NCBI GenBank assembly: GCA_963663965.2
Contig: CAXXFK010000001.1
Span: 32,001 to 96,000 of the forward strand
Source: Sedimentisphaerales bacterium
GTDB lineage: Bacteria; Planctomycetota; Phycisphaerae; Sedimentisphaerales; SM23-30
Direction of reading: 5' to 3'
DNA length: 64,000 nucleotides
This document shows positions 18,449-29,194 of the stretch, piece after piece (position 1 is the stretch's first letter; each line of letters begins with the position of its first letter). A program made the position numbers and the translations under genes. The notes under the pieces are model-generated. The model made no database searches, was not told where the DNA came from, and saw nothing but the letters and a program-made list of their open reading frames with translations.

Positions 18449-19564
18449 ATGACGAGATATATTCTGCTGTGTCTGTTTATTGGTTTACTCTCCGGTTTAA
18501 CCATGCTATGCGCCCAAACTCCAGACCAACCCCCCTCACCTCCAGGCAATTTACCGCCTGATAACCAGAATTTTAACCGTGGCCCGGGTCCGGGCGGCCA
18601 GGCGCCTGGTTTTCGCTTCCCCGGCGATCAGTTTGCTTATTCAAACCGACAGATACAGACAGGATTTATCATTCTTAATGGCAATTACCTGGAACCGCCT
18701 TATCTCCTCACCCTGCAGGATAATCAACTTTATATCAATAATATTCCCGGCCCACTCCCCGCTCCCGATCAGCCGGAAACCGAAAATAATTTCGATCCCG
18801 GATTTCGTGGCTGGGGCCGTCCCGGTTTCGGACGGGGCTATTTCATGGCTTTTCGCCACCTTAACAATAACGGCCTGGTCATCGCCCAGGATTACAAACC
18901 TTTGATATATATTCCATCTTACGAAACTTCCAGCGTCCTGGATCTGCTCCGGCAAAACGACAAACCGATCGATACCCGCCTGGAACTTCTCACGAAAATG
19001 GAACTTGAATCAACGGATGCCGACTTATGGAAATTCCTCCTGCAATCTTTTAAACCCACCGAAGAACTTAACGTCCGTGTCGATAAAATGCTCGAAATGC
19101 AGGCTCAGTTTAACCGAATTGATGAAACCCGGATCCCCCAAAAAAATATTCAGCATATGACCTGGCTGGGATTTGCCCTGACCGTTCTGGCACTGGGGAT
19201 ACTCTTAAACCATCGCCCGCCCTCACTGAGAAAATGGCACGGGATCAATCCCTCGCCCCTCGCTTGCCGACAGGTCATTACCCTGATTGCACTTATCGTC
19301 CTTCTCAACGGTTACGATCTGCTATGCACGATTCACGCCCAGCGCTTCTGGGGCCTCTGGGAACTCAACCCCCTGGCGTCTTCCTTCATTGGTAATACCA
19401 ACCACACCTTGCTGTTCAAATCGGCACTGATTATCATTACTGCCACTGTTCTGGTGCTGTTCCGGCGCTATCGGCTCGCCCAGATCGGCGTCTGGTGGAC
19501 CGGGATATTCTATACCGTACTGGTCTTTCGCTGGTCAACGTCTACCTCAATATTCCTCAATTAA
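18449..19564 (+). CDS. exported protein with C-terminal DUF5658-like membrane domain
   Basis: Signal peptide; C-terminal hydrophobic helices with N..D...T and ELNP motifs. Confidence 0.6.
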   Translation: MTRYILLCLFIGLLSGLTMLCAQTPDQPPSPPGNLPPDNQNFNRGPGPGGQAPGFRFPGDQFAYSNRQIQTGFIILNGNYLEPPYLLTLQDNQLYINNIPGPLPAPDQPETENNFDPGFRGWGRPGFGRGYFMAFRHLNNNGLVIAQDYKPLIYIPSYETSSVLDLLRQNDKPIDTRLELLTKMELESTDADLWKFLLQSFKPTEELNVRVDKMLEMQAQFNRIDETRIPQKNIQHMTWLGFALTVLALGILLNHRPPSLRKWHGINPSPLACRQVITLIALIVLLNGYDLLCTIHAQRFWGLWELNPLASSFIGNTNHTLLFKSALIIITATVLVLFRRYRLAQIGVWWTGIFYTVLVFRWSTSTSIFLN

Positions 19565-19572
19565 CCTGGCTG

Positions 19573-19989
19573 TTATTCACCGATGATCTTGACCAGAACC
19601 CGCTTGCGCCGTTTGCCGTCAAACTCCCCATAAAATATCCGTTCCCAGGGCCCAAAGTCGAGTTGCCCCTCGGTAACCGCCACTACCACTTCACGCCCCA
19701 TGATGGTGCGTTTTAAATGGGCATCCCCATTATCCTCATACCCGTTATGCCGATATCGCGAATAAGGTTTTTCCGGCGCCAGCTGTTCCAGCCAGTCCTC
19801 AAAATCCTGATGTAAACCAGGCTCATCGTCATTAATAAACACACTGGCGGTTATGTGCATAGCATTCACCAGGCACAAACCCTCTCGAATTCCGCTCTCC
19901 GCCAGACAGGTCTCCACCTCACGGGTTATATTGATCAATTCCCGACGACGCTTGATATCGAACCACAATTCCTTGCGATAACTTTTCAT
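19573..19989 (-). CDS. yjbQ: YjbQ family (secondary thiamine-phosphate synthase) protein
   Basis: [38 protein letters not shown]. Confidence 0.92.
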   Translation of the reverse strand: MKSYRKELWFDIKRRRELINITREVETCLAESGIREGLCLVNAMHITASVFINDDEPGLHQDFEDWLEQLAPEKPYSRYRHNGYEDNGDAHLKRTIMGREVVVAVTEGQLDFGPWERIFYGEFDGKRRKRVLVKIIGE

Positions 19990-20016
19990 GCCATCTCCTG
20001 ATAATTGACTACAGCA

Positions 20017-20045
20017 TTGACTTTCGCTGATAAGCTAAATATAAT
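20017..20045 (+). promoter_or_regulatory. sigma70 promoter
   Basis: TTGACT-N17-TATAAT upstream of the acyltransferase. Confidence 0.65.
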
Positions 20046-20140
20046 TAACACTTTATAAAAACACTTTTGTTCTGGCAATGTGCCGGACAGGGTTTACATC
20101 GCTGATGACTGATACTGATGTAAACCTACAGAATAACCCA

Positions 20141-21085
20141 ATGACCGAAAAGAAAAAGAAAAAAAACAAAAAGCCCAACCCCATCGCCGATTACCTGCTC
20201 TATCTGGTGGTTCGTGTGGCGGCTTTGTTTATCCAGATGGTTCACCCGGATTCCAGTGTTCGCTTCGCCCGTACCATGGGAACCGGACTCTACCTCATCT
20301 ATAAACGAGGACGCAAACGCGCTATGGAACATCTTCTAGCCGCCTATCCCGAAAAAGATCGTCAGTGGCATGAAACCATCTGCCGCCGCAGCTTCGAACA
20401 CCTCGCCATGCTTGCCTTTGACGTCCTGAAAACCTCCCGACTCATCAATCGAACCACCTGGAGAAAGTATATCGAATTCGATAATATTTCTGAAGTCCTC
20501 GAACTGCTCCTGCATAACCAGAGCGTTATTATGGTAACCGGTCACTATGGTAATTTCGAAATTCTGGGATACGCTCTGGCTGTTTTCGGACTCGAAAGTT
20601 ACGCGGTTGCCCGGCCTCTGGACAACAAATACGTCAACGATTTCCTTTTTGGCGTTCGGGAAAAACAAGGCCAGAAAATCGTCGATAAAAAAGGCGCGGC
20701 CGAACATATGATGCAAATACTCGAATCCGGAAGCACCCTGAGTTTCGTTGCCGATCAGAATGCCGGTCGCAAAGGACTCTTTGTCGATTTCTTCGGCCGC
20801 AAAGCCAGCACCTATAAAAGCATCGCCCTGCTGGCCATGCAGTTCAACCTGCCCATCGTGGTTGGATATTGCCGCCGGCTTGATGATCGCTACCGTTTCA
20901 AATTGGGCATGACCCGGATTATCAAACCCGAAGACTGGGCGGACAAAGACAAACCCGTTCTCTGGATCACCGAACAATACACCGCCGCCATCGAAGCCTT
21001 TATCCGTGAGGATCCCGAACAATACTGGTGGGTTCATCGTCGCTGGAAAACCCGGCCACCCGGTGAAGTGAACGCAACGGGTTAA
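20141..21085 (+). CDS. lipid A biosynthesis acyltransferase (LpxL/HtrB family)
   Basis: GHYGNFE, ADQ, VDFFG, PEQYWWVHRRWK; start could be 20078-20141. Confidence 0.9.
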   Translation: MTEKKKKKNKKPNPIADYLLYLVVRVAALFIQMVHPDSSVRFARTMGTGLYLIYKRGRKRAMEHLLAAYPEKDRQWHETICRRSFEHLAMLAFDVLKTSRLINRTTWRKYIEFDNISEVLELLLHNQSVIMVTGHYGNFEILGYALAVFGLESYAVARPLDNKYVNDFLFGVREKQGQKIVDKKGAAEHMMQILESGSTLSFVADQNAGRKGLFVDFFGRKASTYKSIALLAMQFNLPIVVGYCRRLDDRYRFKLGMTRIIKPEDWADKDKPVLWITEQYTAAIEAFIREDPEQYWWVHRRWKTRPPGEVNATG

Positions 21086-21110
21086 CCATTTTTTCTGATT
21101 CGGAGTATCA

Positions 21111-21644
21111 ATGGCTAATAGCGGCGCCCATTACGAACAAGCCTTCGAGTCATTTCTGACCCGCACCCAGGCCCAATGGCATCGCATCAACCAGACTCGC
21201 AAAGCCGCTTCTTCCAGCGGCCCGCTTAAAAGCTTCGACTATCTTATTCACCCGGCCAACTCCCCGACCCTCCTGATCGACGTCAAAGGTCGCCGACACA
21301 CCGCCCGGCTTTATCAGCAGGGCAAACTCGGCCAGAATTGGGTCACCCAAGACGATCTCGATGGCCTGACCGCCTGGCAATCCGGTTTCCCTGAAACGGT
21401 GATCGCCCTGTTTGTTTTCACTTACTGGATATATGACCTGCCCCGCCCCCAATCCTTTCCAACCCCTCTTGAACCGCCTTCACCGCTGCTTTTTTATCAT
21501 AATGGCAATTTCTATAGTTTCATCGCTGTACCGTTGGATGATTATCGCCGCCACATGAAACAACGTAGCCCGCGCTGGCAAACGATTTTCATCCCTTCTG
21601 CCCATTTTGAAGCCATCGCCCGGCCATTTCACCCTTCCAGATAA
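21111..21644 (+). CDS. HYExAFE family protein (PD-(D/E)xK-like)
   Basis: N-terminal HYEQAFE; KSFD...LIDVKGR; NWVT.DD; RSPRW.T. Confidence 0.8.
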   Translation: MANSGAHYEQAFESFLTRTQAQWHRINQTRKAASSSGPLKSFDYLIHPANSPTLLIDVKGRRHTARLYQQGKLGQNWVTQDDLDGLTAWQSGFPETVIALFVFTYWIYDLPRPQSFPTPLEPPSPLLFYHNGNFYSFIAVPLDDYRRHMKQRSPRWQTIFIPSAHFEAIARPFHPSR

Positions 21645-22730
21645 TTAATGACCCGTTGATTTCTCACTCTCTATCTCAGCCCTCACCCTGGGCAGCGAGT
21701 CTGGATAATGCGTATTAAGCCACCCCAGCAATTTCTCACGAATCTCACAACGCAAGTCCCATGCCGCCGAGGCATCCGCCGCGCTCATCAGGGCCCGTAA
21801 TTGAACCGCCCGGTCCGTGCAATCAACTACCTGCAAACACGCCACTTTACGGTCCCATTTTTCTGACTGCTCGATGATCTCAAGATAATACGCGCGTACC
21901 TTATCCACCGGCACCCGATAATCCACATACAACACGACCGAGCCCAGCAGATCAGCCGATACCCGTGTCCAGTTCTGAAACGGCTTTTCGATAAAATAAC
22001 CAATCGGTACCACCAGTCGCCGCAAATCCCAGATTCGCACCACAACATAGGTCATCGTAATTTCTTCAATCCGGCCCCATTCCCCTTCCACAATCACTAC
22101 ATCATCGATTCGGATAGGCTGAGTCACGGCAATCTGCATCCCGGCGATAAAGGTCGCAATGGATCGCTGCGCCGCAAACCCGATCACAATTCCGGCGATA
22201 CCGGCCGATCCTAAAATACTCACCCCCAACTGACGCACTTTTTCAAACGTCATTAACATGCACGACACCGTGATGATCAAGACCACAACAATAATAGCCT
22301 TTTTAAAAAAACTGAACTGGGTATGAATCTTTCGCGCCGTCAGATTATCCTTGGCGCTGACATCATACCGCTGAATGAAAACATCCTCCAATACCTCGGT
22401 ACTCCGAATCACCAGCCAGGCGATCATCGCGATCAAAAGCAACCCGACGGTTTGCCGGGATACCTCCACCCATCCATGCACAGATTCGGTGATCGGCAAT
22501 GATTGCAATCCAGGCAGTAAAAACAAACACAACAACAAAAAAAACGCCGGCCGTTGGCAATACTTCAGTAAGGCCGGATAGATAACACTCTTTTCATTTT
22601 TCCGCTTTAAAAGCTTAATTAGACCGACTGAAACCCAATAAGCCAGTATCGCCAATGCGACAAACGGCATCAACCGTAGGGTAATATCCCATAAGGACGA
22701 CAAAAACTGTTTGATTTCTTCCTGCATCAC
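21645..22730 (-). CDS. MscS-family mechanosensitive channel
   Basis: GFAAQ...G.Q, PIRIDDVV.VEGEWGRIEEI, PFQNWT. Confidence 0.92.
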   Translation of the reverse strand: MMQEEIKQFLSSLWDITLRLMPFVALAILAYWVSVGLIKLLKRKNEKSVIYPALLKYCQRPAFFLLLCLFLLPGLQSLPITESVHGWVEVSRQTVGLLLIAMIAWLVIRSTEVLEDVFIQRYDVSAKDNLTARKIHTQFSFFKKAIIVVVLIITVSCMLMTFEKVRQLGVSILGSAGIAGIVIGFAAQRSIATFIAGMQIAVTQPIRIDDVVIVEGEWGRIEEITMTYVVVRIWDLRRLVVPIGYFIEKPFQNWTRVSADLLGSVVLYVDYRVPVDKVRAYYLEIIEQSEKWDRKVACLQVVDCTDRAVQLRALMSAADASAAWDLRCEIREKLLGWLNTHYPDSLPRVRAEIESEKSTGH

Positions 22731-22848
22731 TCGCCTCTTTTATCGAATTAATAAGTCGTATCATCCGCCCACTTCCCCATAGCGGTCGCAATTTATCTGT
22801 CCACATATCTATTATAGGATCATAAGCGGCTTATGCCGAAAATTGCTT

Positions 22849-23739
22849 TCATTCAGGCGTATATGGTTCGATATGCACCAGCACATCGACAATATCAGGT
22901 CCGTTTTCCAGCAATTCGCCTTCTACCCGTTTGGCAACATCATGTCCCTGTCCTACGGTCAGTTCCGGAGCGACTTGCACATGTAAATCGACTTGCAAAC
23001 CCGATCCGATATGGCGGGTTCGCACTTTATGGGTTGTAATCACCCCCTCCGTTTGATAAATAATCTCCTTGATGATCTTCAACTCTTCTTGAGTCGCGCC
23101 CGCGTCCATCAAATGCCGGATCTGGGGCATGGCGATTTCCTTGGCCGCCTTGACAATCAATACTGACACCACGACCGCCGCGATATGGTCCAGATATTGC
23201 CACTCGGGATTAATGCGTATCCCAACGACCGCCAGCACAACTGGAATGGAACTGATCGCGTCACTGCGATGGTGCCAGGCGTTCGCAATCACTGCCGACG
23301 ACTTGATGGCTTTGCCTGCCTTGACAGTCCAGCGATAGAGCCATTCCTTCACCACCACAGATACGACCGCCGCAACCAACGCCAGCATTCCCGGGATATG
23401 GCTCTCGCCCTTGTGCAAGGTGATGACTGCGTTATAACAGATGCCGATCCCTACCCCCGCCAGCATCAACGCAATGAACAAACTCACCAGCATCTCCAAC
23501 CGGCCATGCCCATAGGGATGCTCCTCATCCGCAGGTTCACTCCAGAATCGCACGCCGACAATGACCGCGACATCGGTCACCATATCTGACAGACTGTGCG
23601 CCGCATCCGCGATCAGCGCCTGACTGTGGCCCAGTATCCCCATGACAAACTTCAATCCCGCCAACCCCAGGTTAATGATCATCCCCCAAACCGTTACCCG
23701 CTTTATCGAACCTGAATGTGTCTGCTTGATTCCACTCAT
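22849..23739 (-). CDS. cation diffusion facilitator transporter
   Basis: ADAAHSLSD, HPYGHGR.E, HHRSD; C-terminal dimerisation domain VHIEP. Confidence 0.93.
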   Translation of the reverse strand: MSGIKQTHSGSIKRVTVWGMIINLGLAGLKFVMGILGHSQALIADAAHSLSDMVTDVAVIVGVRFWSEPADEEHPYGHGRLEMLVSLFIALMLAGVGIGICYNAVITLHKGESHIPGMLALVAAVVSVVVKEWLYRWTVKAGKAIKSSAVIANAWHHRSDAISSIPVVLAVVGIRINPEWQYLDHIAAVVVSVLIVKAAKEIAMPQIRHLMDAGATQEELKIIKEIIYQTEGVITTHKVRTRHIGSGLQVDLHVQVAPELTVGQGHDVAKRVEGELLENGPDIVDVLVHIEPYTPE

Positions 23740-24077
23740 TATTTATATCAAATCCACAGGAAATCTACCTAAGTCAATACTACTCCAAAACATTTAAACT
23801 GATTCCTTGCCATTCACAAGTATTTTTTATCCACGTTCCTCTTTATCTGTATAATAACTGCTCAGAACTCTATCAATACTCCATGTGGGCTGCCCACTGC
23901 CAAATCTTTGTTTATCCTTCCTGGCACCACTCGTACCTGATTACATAAACACTATTTTCCCTTTTTCCAACAAAAGACTGTCATTATAAAAGGTTTGCCA
24001 TCAAAGGCCCGATAATATAACTGGATTGAGAATAATACGAGTCTTTTTAATACTCGACGAGAGGATTTTCGGCCGCT

Positions 24078-26261
24078 ATGACCTTAATAAATGAACTGGT
24101 AGATATTCAAAATATCACAACACACATTCAGACTCTGATCGATGCGGGTCATCAATCCAATGCCGCTGGTTGGATACAGCAGAATATCCCGTCCTTGTCT
24201 CAATCGTCAACGGATAACATTCGTATTAACTGGCATCTACTGCAAGGTTTGAAATTCGCACTCCTGGGGCAATCAAGCCAGGCGATTCAACACTTCTCTC
24301 AAGCAGCAAAAGAACTCCCATCCAGCCGTTATCCCGAACCAGATAATCTCTTTTCCAGATTTTTCCTGCAATCCCAGTTGCAACTCCCCCAAGAAACTAT
24401 TCCTGCTATTCGACAAGCTAATATCTATCTTCAGAGCAATTTGGAGGCCCTAAATCAAGTTGATCCCATCCTGGCTCACGAAATACAGGTCTCCCCTCTC
24501 CCATCGGATTTCCTGATCCTGGATTACTGGTCCGGTCTCCACCTTCTTGACCATAAAACGAACCGCCTCCTTACTCTCGAACCAGCGCTTATTCGGCAAC
24601 TCCCAGATTATCTTGAACGAAACGAACCCATTACCTTTTCCGGAATCGGCTCTGGCCAGGAAATCCGCTATTGTTTACAGCATCGCACTCGATTCATTCA
24701 TGGCATGACCAACGCCCATTATGTCTTCGAAAACTCCCCGGCGCAAATTCGTTTGCTGATGAGTCTGGACGATTTCAGCCATGCCATCCAAAACCATATC
24801 CTGATCTTCTTTGGCGGCGGCAACCGGCGTCAGCGAATCACCGAGACCTTCCAGAGCCTGCGCTATCCTGGTCCTTATCTCATTCTGGGCCCCCGCGATG
24901 CGATTATGCCAGAGGTTTCCAATATCTGGCAATGGTATAAACCTGACGACCTCAAAACCCGCACTCGCGATTACTACCGCAGCCCGATATTTCAACAGCG
25001 CCTGCGCGATATCGCTGCCGGGAAAATCTTGCCGCGCATTATGGTGGAAACCAGCCGTTGGACCACCTTTCTCAAATGGAGCGCCATCGATTTTCAAAAG
25101 GCCTTTGAGCAACTCGGCTGCCAGACCCGGTTTCTCATCGAACAAACCGATACCGAACGCCTGAGCGCCACACTGCGCTTCCGGGAAATGGATACCTTCA
25201 AGCCTGACGCCTGGTTTATGATCACCCACGCCCGACCCTCATTGAATGACCAGATCCCTCCCGAACTGCCGTTTATCTCCTATCTCCAGGATCGTTGTGG
25301 CGCCTTATGGACCACCGACGAAACCGACCTGAATCAATTGGCGTCATCACACGATCTGTTTATCTGCCTCGTTAGTGAATTCGCAGAATATCTTAAATCA
25401 AAAAAAATTCGCCCCGAACAGATGTTCATCCTTCCGGTTCCAGCCGATGAAACAATGTTCTTCCCTCTCCAACCGGATGATCCTCAGGCCCAAAGATTTG
25501 ACTGTGATGTGTCCTATGTCAAACATGGTAACGCCGATACGGATGCCATCTATCGTGATTGGCTCCAACAAAAGGAACTATATAACCCTACCCCGAACTT
25601 GATACCCTTAGCCAATTTTTACCACAACCTCTACCAGGCCATGAAGGCCGATCTGGCACGACGCTGGCCTGAAGATGAACTGCATGACCTGATTGAAAAC
25701 GCCTTCGGCCATTATCTCAATCCAAGCCAGAATAATGCCCTGCATCAGATGATGACCAGCTTCTCAAAATGTGTATATGTTGCCTGCCGGCGAAAATACT
25801 ACCTGCAAGGCTTGCTCGACATCGATATCAATCTGAAACTTTACGGTCACGGCTGGTCAGAAGACAAACAATTCAAACATTGCGCCGGTGGTCCGATAGA
25901 CCGCTCCCGGGAACTCAACGGGGTTTATAATTTCACCCGAATTAATCTCCATATGCAACCCAATGGCTCTATGCACCCGCGCGTGGTTGAATGTGCCCTT
26001 GCGGGCGGTTTTATGATGATCGCTGATATTCCTGCCGAAAAAGACTGGAGTCCTGTACGCCGCTATTTTCGCGAAGGAAGTGAAATCATCCTCTACGAAA
26101 CTCGCGAAGACTTAACCGATAAATGCCGCTATTTCCTTGAACATCCCTCTGAACGCATCGAAATATCACGGCGCTTCCATCAGCGCGCTCTCCAGAACCA
26201 CACAATCCAGACGGCAGCCCGCCAGACCCTCCAATGCTGGCTTGCTTTACTTAACAAATAA
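24078..26261 (+). CDS. glycosyltransferase with C-terminal CgeB/Glyco_trans_1_2-like domain
   Basis: LYGHGW, INLH, HPRVVECALAGGF, L..KCRYFLEHP.ER. Confidence 0.75.
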   Translation: MTLINELVDIQNITTHIQTLIDAGHQSNAAGWIQQNIPSLSQSSTDNIRINWHLLQGLKFALLGQSSQAIQHFSQAAKELPSSRYPEPDNLFSRFFLQSQLQLPQETIPAIRQANIYLQSNLEALNQVDPILAHEIQVSPLPSDFLILDYWSGLHLLDHKTNRLLTLEPALIRQLPDYLERNEPITFSGIGSGQEIRYCLQHRTRFIHGMTNAHYVFENSPAQIRLLMSLDDFSHAIQNHILIFFGGGNRRQRITETFQSLRYPGPYLILGPRDAIMPEVSNIWQWYKPDDLKTRTRDYYRSPIFQQRLRDIAAGKILPRIMVETSRWTTFLKWSAIDFQKAFEQLGCQTRFLIEQTDTERLSATLRFREMDTFKPDAWFMITHARPSLNDQIPPELPFISYLQDRCGALWTTDETDLNQLASSHDLFICLVSEFAEYLKSKKIRPEQMFILPVPADETMFFPLQPDDPQAQRFDCDVSYVKHGNADTDAIYRDWLQQKELYNPTPNLIPLANFYHNLYQAMKADLARRWPEDELHDLIENAFGHYLNPSQNNALHQMMTSFSKCVYVACRRKYYLQGLLDIDINLKLYGHGWSEDKQFKHCAGGPIDRSRELNGVYNFTRINLHMQPNGSMHPRVVECALAGGFMMIADIPAEKDWSPVRRYFREGSEIILYETREDLTDKCRYFLEHPSERIEISRRFHQRALQNHTIQTAARQTLQCWLALLNK

Positions 26262-26270
26262 ATCATCAAA

Positions 26271-27482
26271 ATGAAATCAACACCGCATTTTAAACCAACT
26301 CGCCACAATATTAAATCCAGCCAACCCAACCCGTTGACTCGAAAAACTTCCTGGAAATCGTCCCCCGTGATCTGTCCCATTTGTCAACATCCCCAATCTG
26401 GTTATCATGAGATCCCATTCGATTTCTTTCGCCATATGGATTTCGAAACCATCAAGACCGGTGGCCAGATCATTGCCTGCGAAACCTGTGGCCAGATCTC
26501 CAATCACTTTAATCCCAGGGAAACAGCATCGGTTGCATCATTATTTACCAGTGAGGCTTATTCACGAAGTAATCAAACCAGCCAAACTGCCATAGACAAA
26601 CTGGCAGACAACCAGATTGTAAGCCGTTGTCTGCTTCAGGCCCGTTTGATTCAAAAATATCTGCCGGCATCTCAACCTTCGATTTTGGATATTGGTTGCT
26701 TTGATGGCATGCTGCTGCGGCATCTTCGGCAATGTCTGCCGGCATCAGCGATATTACATGGCTATGATATCAATCCATGGTTGGCCAACCGGTTTCCAAC
26801 CGATCTGGATTTACGGTTTTGGTGTGGATCGCTCGCTGAAGTTCAGGGCCCATTCAATTTAATCAGTTTGCCCTATTCTCTGATGTATATGGACAACCTG
26901 AACGTTTTTTTTACTCAGATTAACCGCCTGCTTACCCCGGATGGTCAACTGTATATTCAAGTGCCGAATATTATTCATAACATTTGTACATTGCTGATGG
27001 GGGATCAATATGGATATTACACACCCGACAGTTTAACCAGCCTGCTCAACTACTTTAATTTTGATGTTCAGTTCATTCCAACGGATTGGGCTCCACGTGA
27101 CATTATCTGTCTGGCTCGGTATCGGCATAAAAATACGCTTGATGCTAAACCCACCTTACCTGATATATCTATTTTACTTTCTCAGTTGTATTCCCTGGCG
27201 ATAAATTTAATTCGTTTCCAGTCACTTCAGCCGCTCTGGATCCTCGGCACCACGACTAACGCCGCGTTCAGCGATAGTATTCTGGATCATGCCATCACTG
27301 GTTTCGTTGACGAAAATCCCAACCGGATCCAGACTCTCCTCCGCGCCAAACCGGTGCGCCATCCCCAATCCCTTCAGCCCGATGATACCATCCTCATCCC
27401 CTACGGCCCTACCAGCCAGACCATTGCCAACCGGCTGCAAGCCCGATATCCCGGCCATTACATCCCGGTCGACTGGGAATAA
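26271..27482 (+). CDS. class I SAM-dependent methyltransferase (sugar-modifying type)
   Basis: N-terminal CPIC/CETC zinc motif; ILDIGCFDG; LTPDG.LYIQVPN; C-terminal GFVDEN domain. Confidence 0.8.
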   Translation: MKSTPHFKPTRHNIKSSQPNPLTRKTSWKSSPVICPICQHPQSGYHEIPFDFFRHMDFETIKTGGQIIACETCGQISNHFNPRETASVASLFTSEAYSRSNQTSQTAIDKLADNQIVSRCLLQARLIQKYLPASQPSILDIGCFDGMLLRHLRQCLPASAILHGYDINPWLANRFPTDLDLRFWCGSLAEVQGPFNLISLPYSLMYMDNLNVFFTQINRLLTPDGQLYIQVPNIIHNICTLLMGDQYGYYTPDSLTSLLNYFNFDVQFIPTDWAPRDIICLARYRHKNTLDAKPTLPDISILLSQLYSLAINLIRFQSLQPLWILGTTTNAAFSDSILDHAITGFVDENPNRIQTLLRAKPVRHPQSLQPDDTILIPYGPTSQTIANRLQARYPGHYIPVDWE

Positions 27483-27688
27483 GATCCCTCTTTTATTGAA
27501 TCGAAGCAGTTCCCAAGTCAACCGGATACTGCCTGAAAAACCTGCCCGAACCATTTTTGTGGCATGCATCAAACGGATGGCATCCTCTACCAGAAACAGA
27601 AAACATTAAATTAGTTTATTAACGGCCCACACCTTGGACTACCCCTCCGGCAGGCGGCGATTCTTTTAAAATTCCTCCTAAATACCTG

Positions 27689-27717
27689 TTGAAATCCGGT
27701 GATCGATGTAATACATT
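27689..27717 (+). promoter_or_regulatory. putative sigma70 promoter of the kinase gene
   Basis: TTGAAA-N17-TACATT. Confidence 0.4.
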
Positions 27718-27760
27718 AAGGTTTTCGCGTTGATGCGAAACTGAGAGGATAGTTCGATTT

Positions 27761-29080
27761 ATGGGCCCCAAAACTCAAGCGCTGATTACCCGAAAACTAC
27801 GGCTCCGACGGGGCCAGTTGTTGGGCAAATATCGTCTCGACAGCCAGTTGGGCGTCGGTGGTTATTGCGAAGTTTGGAAGGCCCGGGATACGATTGAAGG
27901 TATTCCCGTTGCGCTCAAAATCCCCCTGATCGACAGTTCTGGCAAACGCGATAATCAGGTGCTTCTCAAAGAAGTACGGCTTGTTTCCCAATTGCGTCAC
28001 CCCAATATCATGCCGGTCAAAAACGCAGATATCATCAACGGGCACGCCGTTATGGCTACCGAGATTGGACGGCGCACACTTGAAAACTGCTCTCGGCCCA
28101 TGTCGGTCAAGCGCATTGTCAATATCCTCTCGGAGGTCCTGTCCGCCCTGAGTTATGCCCACGCCCACCGGGTGGTTCATTGTGATGTGACCCCGGGCAA
28201 TATCTTTCTCTTTCCCGATGGCCGGGTCTTACTGGGCGATTTCGGTATCGGCCTGGAAATGAAAGGACGGCCCGTCACTAGCGTGGATTTTGGCACTCCG
28301 GGCTATGTCGCTCCGGAACAGGCGTACGGTAAACCAACCTATCGCAGTGACTGCTTCGCTGTCGGCCTGATCCTGTATGAATTCCTGACCGGAATCCTGC
28401 CCCACTGGCCCTATCGCTGGCCGTTCAAAGGCCACGAACGCCTCCGTCAGAAAACCAATCATTCTATTGTCCATTTTATTAAACAGGCCCTTATGGTGGA
28501 TCCCGCCCGTCGATTTGCCAATGCCGAGGAAATGCTCAGCGCCTTCCATGACGCCCTGCCTCGCCGGATTCTGGATTCCCTTTCCGTACAGGTCTCTCCT
28601 CGCAAAATCAAAGACTGGAAACAATTACGTCGCGATGAGTTTATCCAGCGCTATCAGCGAATGCTCGGGCCATTCTCACGTTGTGTCGAGTGCCATGAAC
28701 CGGTCTCTGAGTCAATGGCCTGGTGCCCCTGGTGCGGCACCGACAAAAACCGGTTTGCCCACCGAACCGCTTTCAAATATTATTGCCCCGATTGCGAAAG
28801 GGGTATGACACCAGAATGGCATTTCTGCCCTTGGTGTTTTGGGGCCGGCTTTGATGAGCCTGCCGAGAAAATCAATCGGTCGATTCACTATCACACGACC
28901 TGCAGCCATTGCCATGGTAAACTTATGCGGTTTATGCGATATTGCCCCTGGTGCCACCGCAAAGTATCCACCCCATGGCAGGTCCGCCCCTTCCCGGAAA
29001 TCTGCGGAAACTGTTCCTGGTCTGTTGATTCAGTATATTGGACCTACTGTCCCTGGTGCCGTCAGAGATTGCATATCTAA
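27761..29080 (+). CDS. Ser/Thr protein kinase with four C-terminal double zinc ribbons
   Basis: LGVGGYCEV, VALK, HCDVTPGN, DFG, GTPGYVAPE; four CxxC...CPWC units. Confidence 0.92.
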   Translation: MGPKTQALITRKLRLRRGQLLGKYRLDSQLGVGGYCEVWKARDTIEGIPVALKIPLIDSSGKRDNQVLLKEVRLVSQLRHPNIMPVKNADIINGHAVMATEIGRRTLENCSRPMSVKRIVNILSEVLSALSYAHAHRVVHCDVTPGNIFLFPDGRVLLGDFGIGLEMKGRPVTSVDFGTPGYVAPEQAYGKPTYRSDCFAVGLILYEFLTGILPHWPYRWPFKGHERLRQKTNHSIVHFIKQALMVDPARRFANAEEMLSAFHDALPRRILDSLSVQVSPRKIKDWKQLRRDEFIQRYQRMLGPFSRCVECHEPVSESMAWCPWCGTDKNRFAHRTAFKYYCPDCERGMTPEWHFCPWCFGAGFDEPAEKINRSIHYHTTCSHCHGKLMRFMRYCPWCHRKVSTPWQVRPFPEICGNCSWSVDSVYWTYCPWCRQRLHI

Positions 29081-29194
29081 TACATTAATATTGATTAATA
29101 ATTTTTTGACTTTTATACATACTTTATTATTAATTTCAATATTAATTAAGATTTAACAATTCCCTTATCCAGTCTGGTCGATATAATTAGATAA

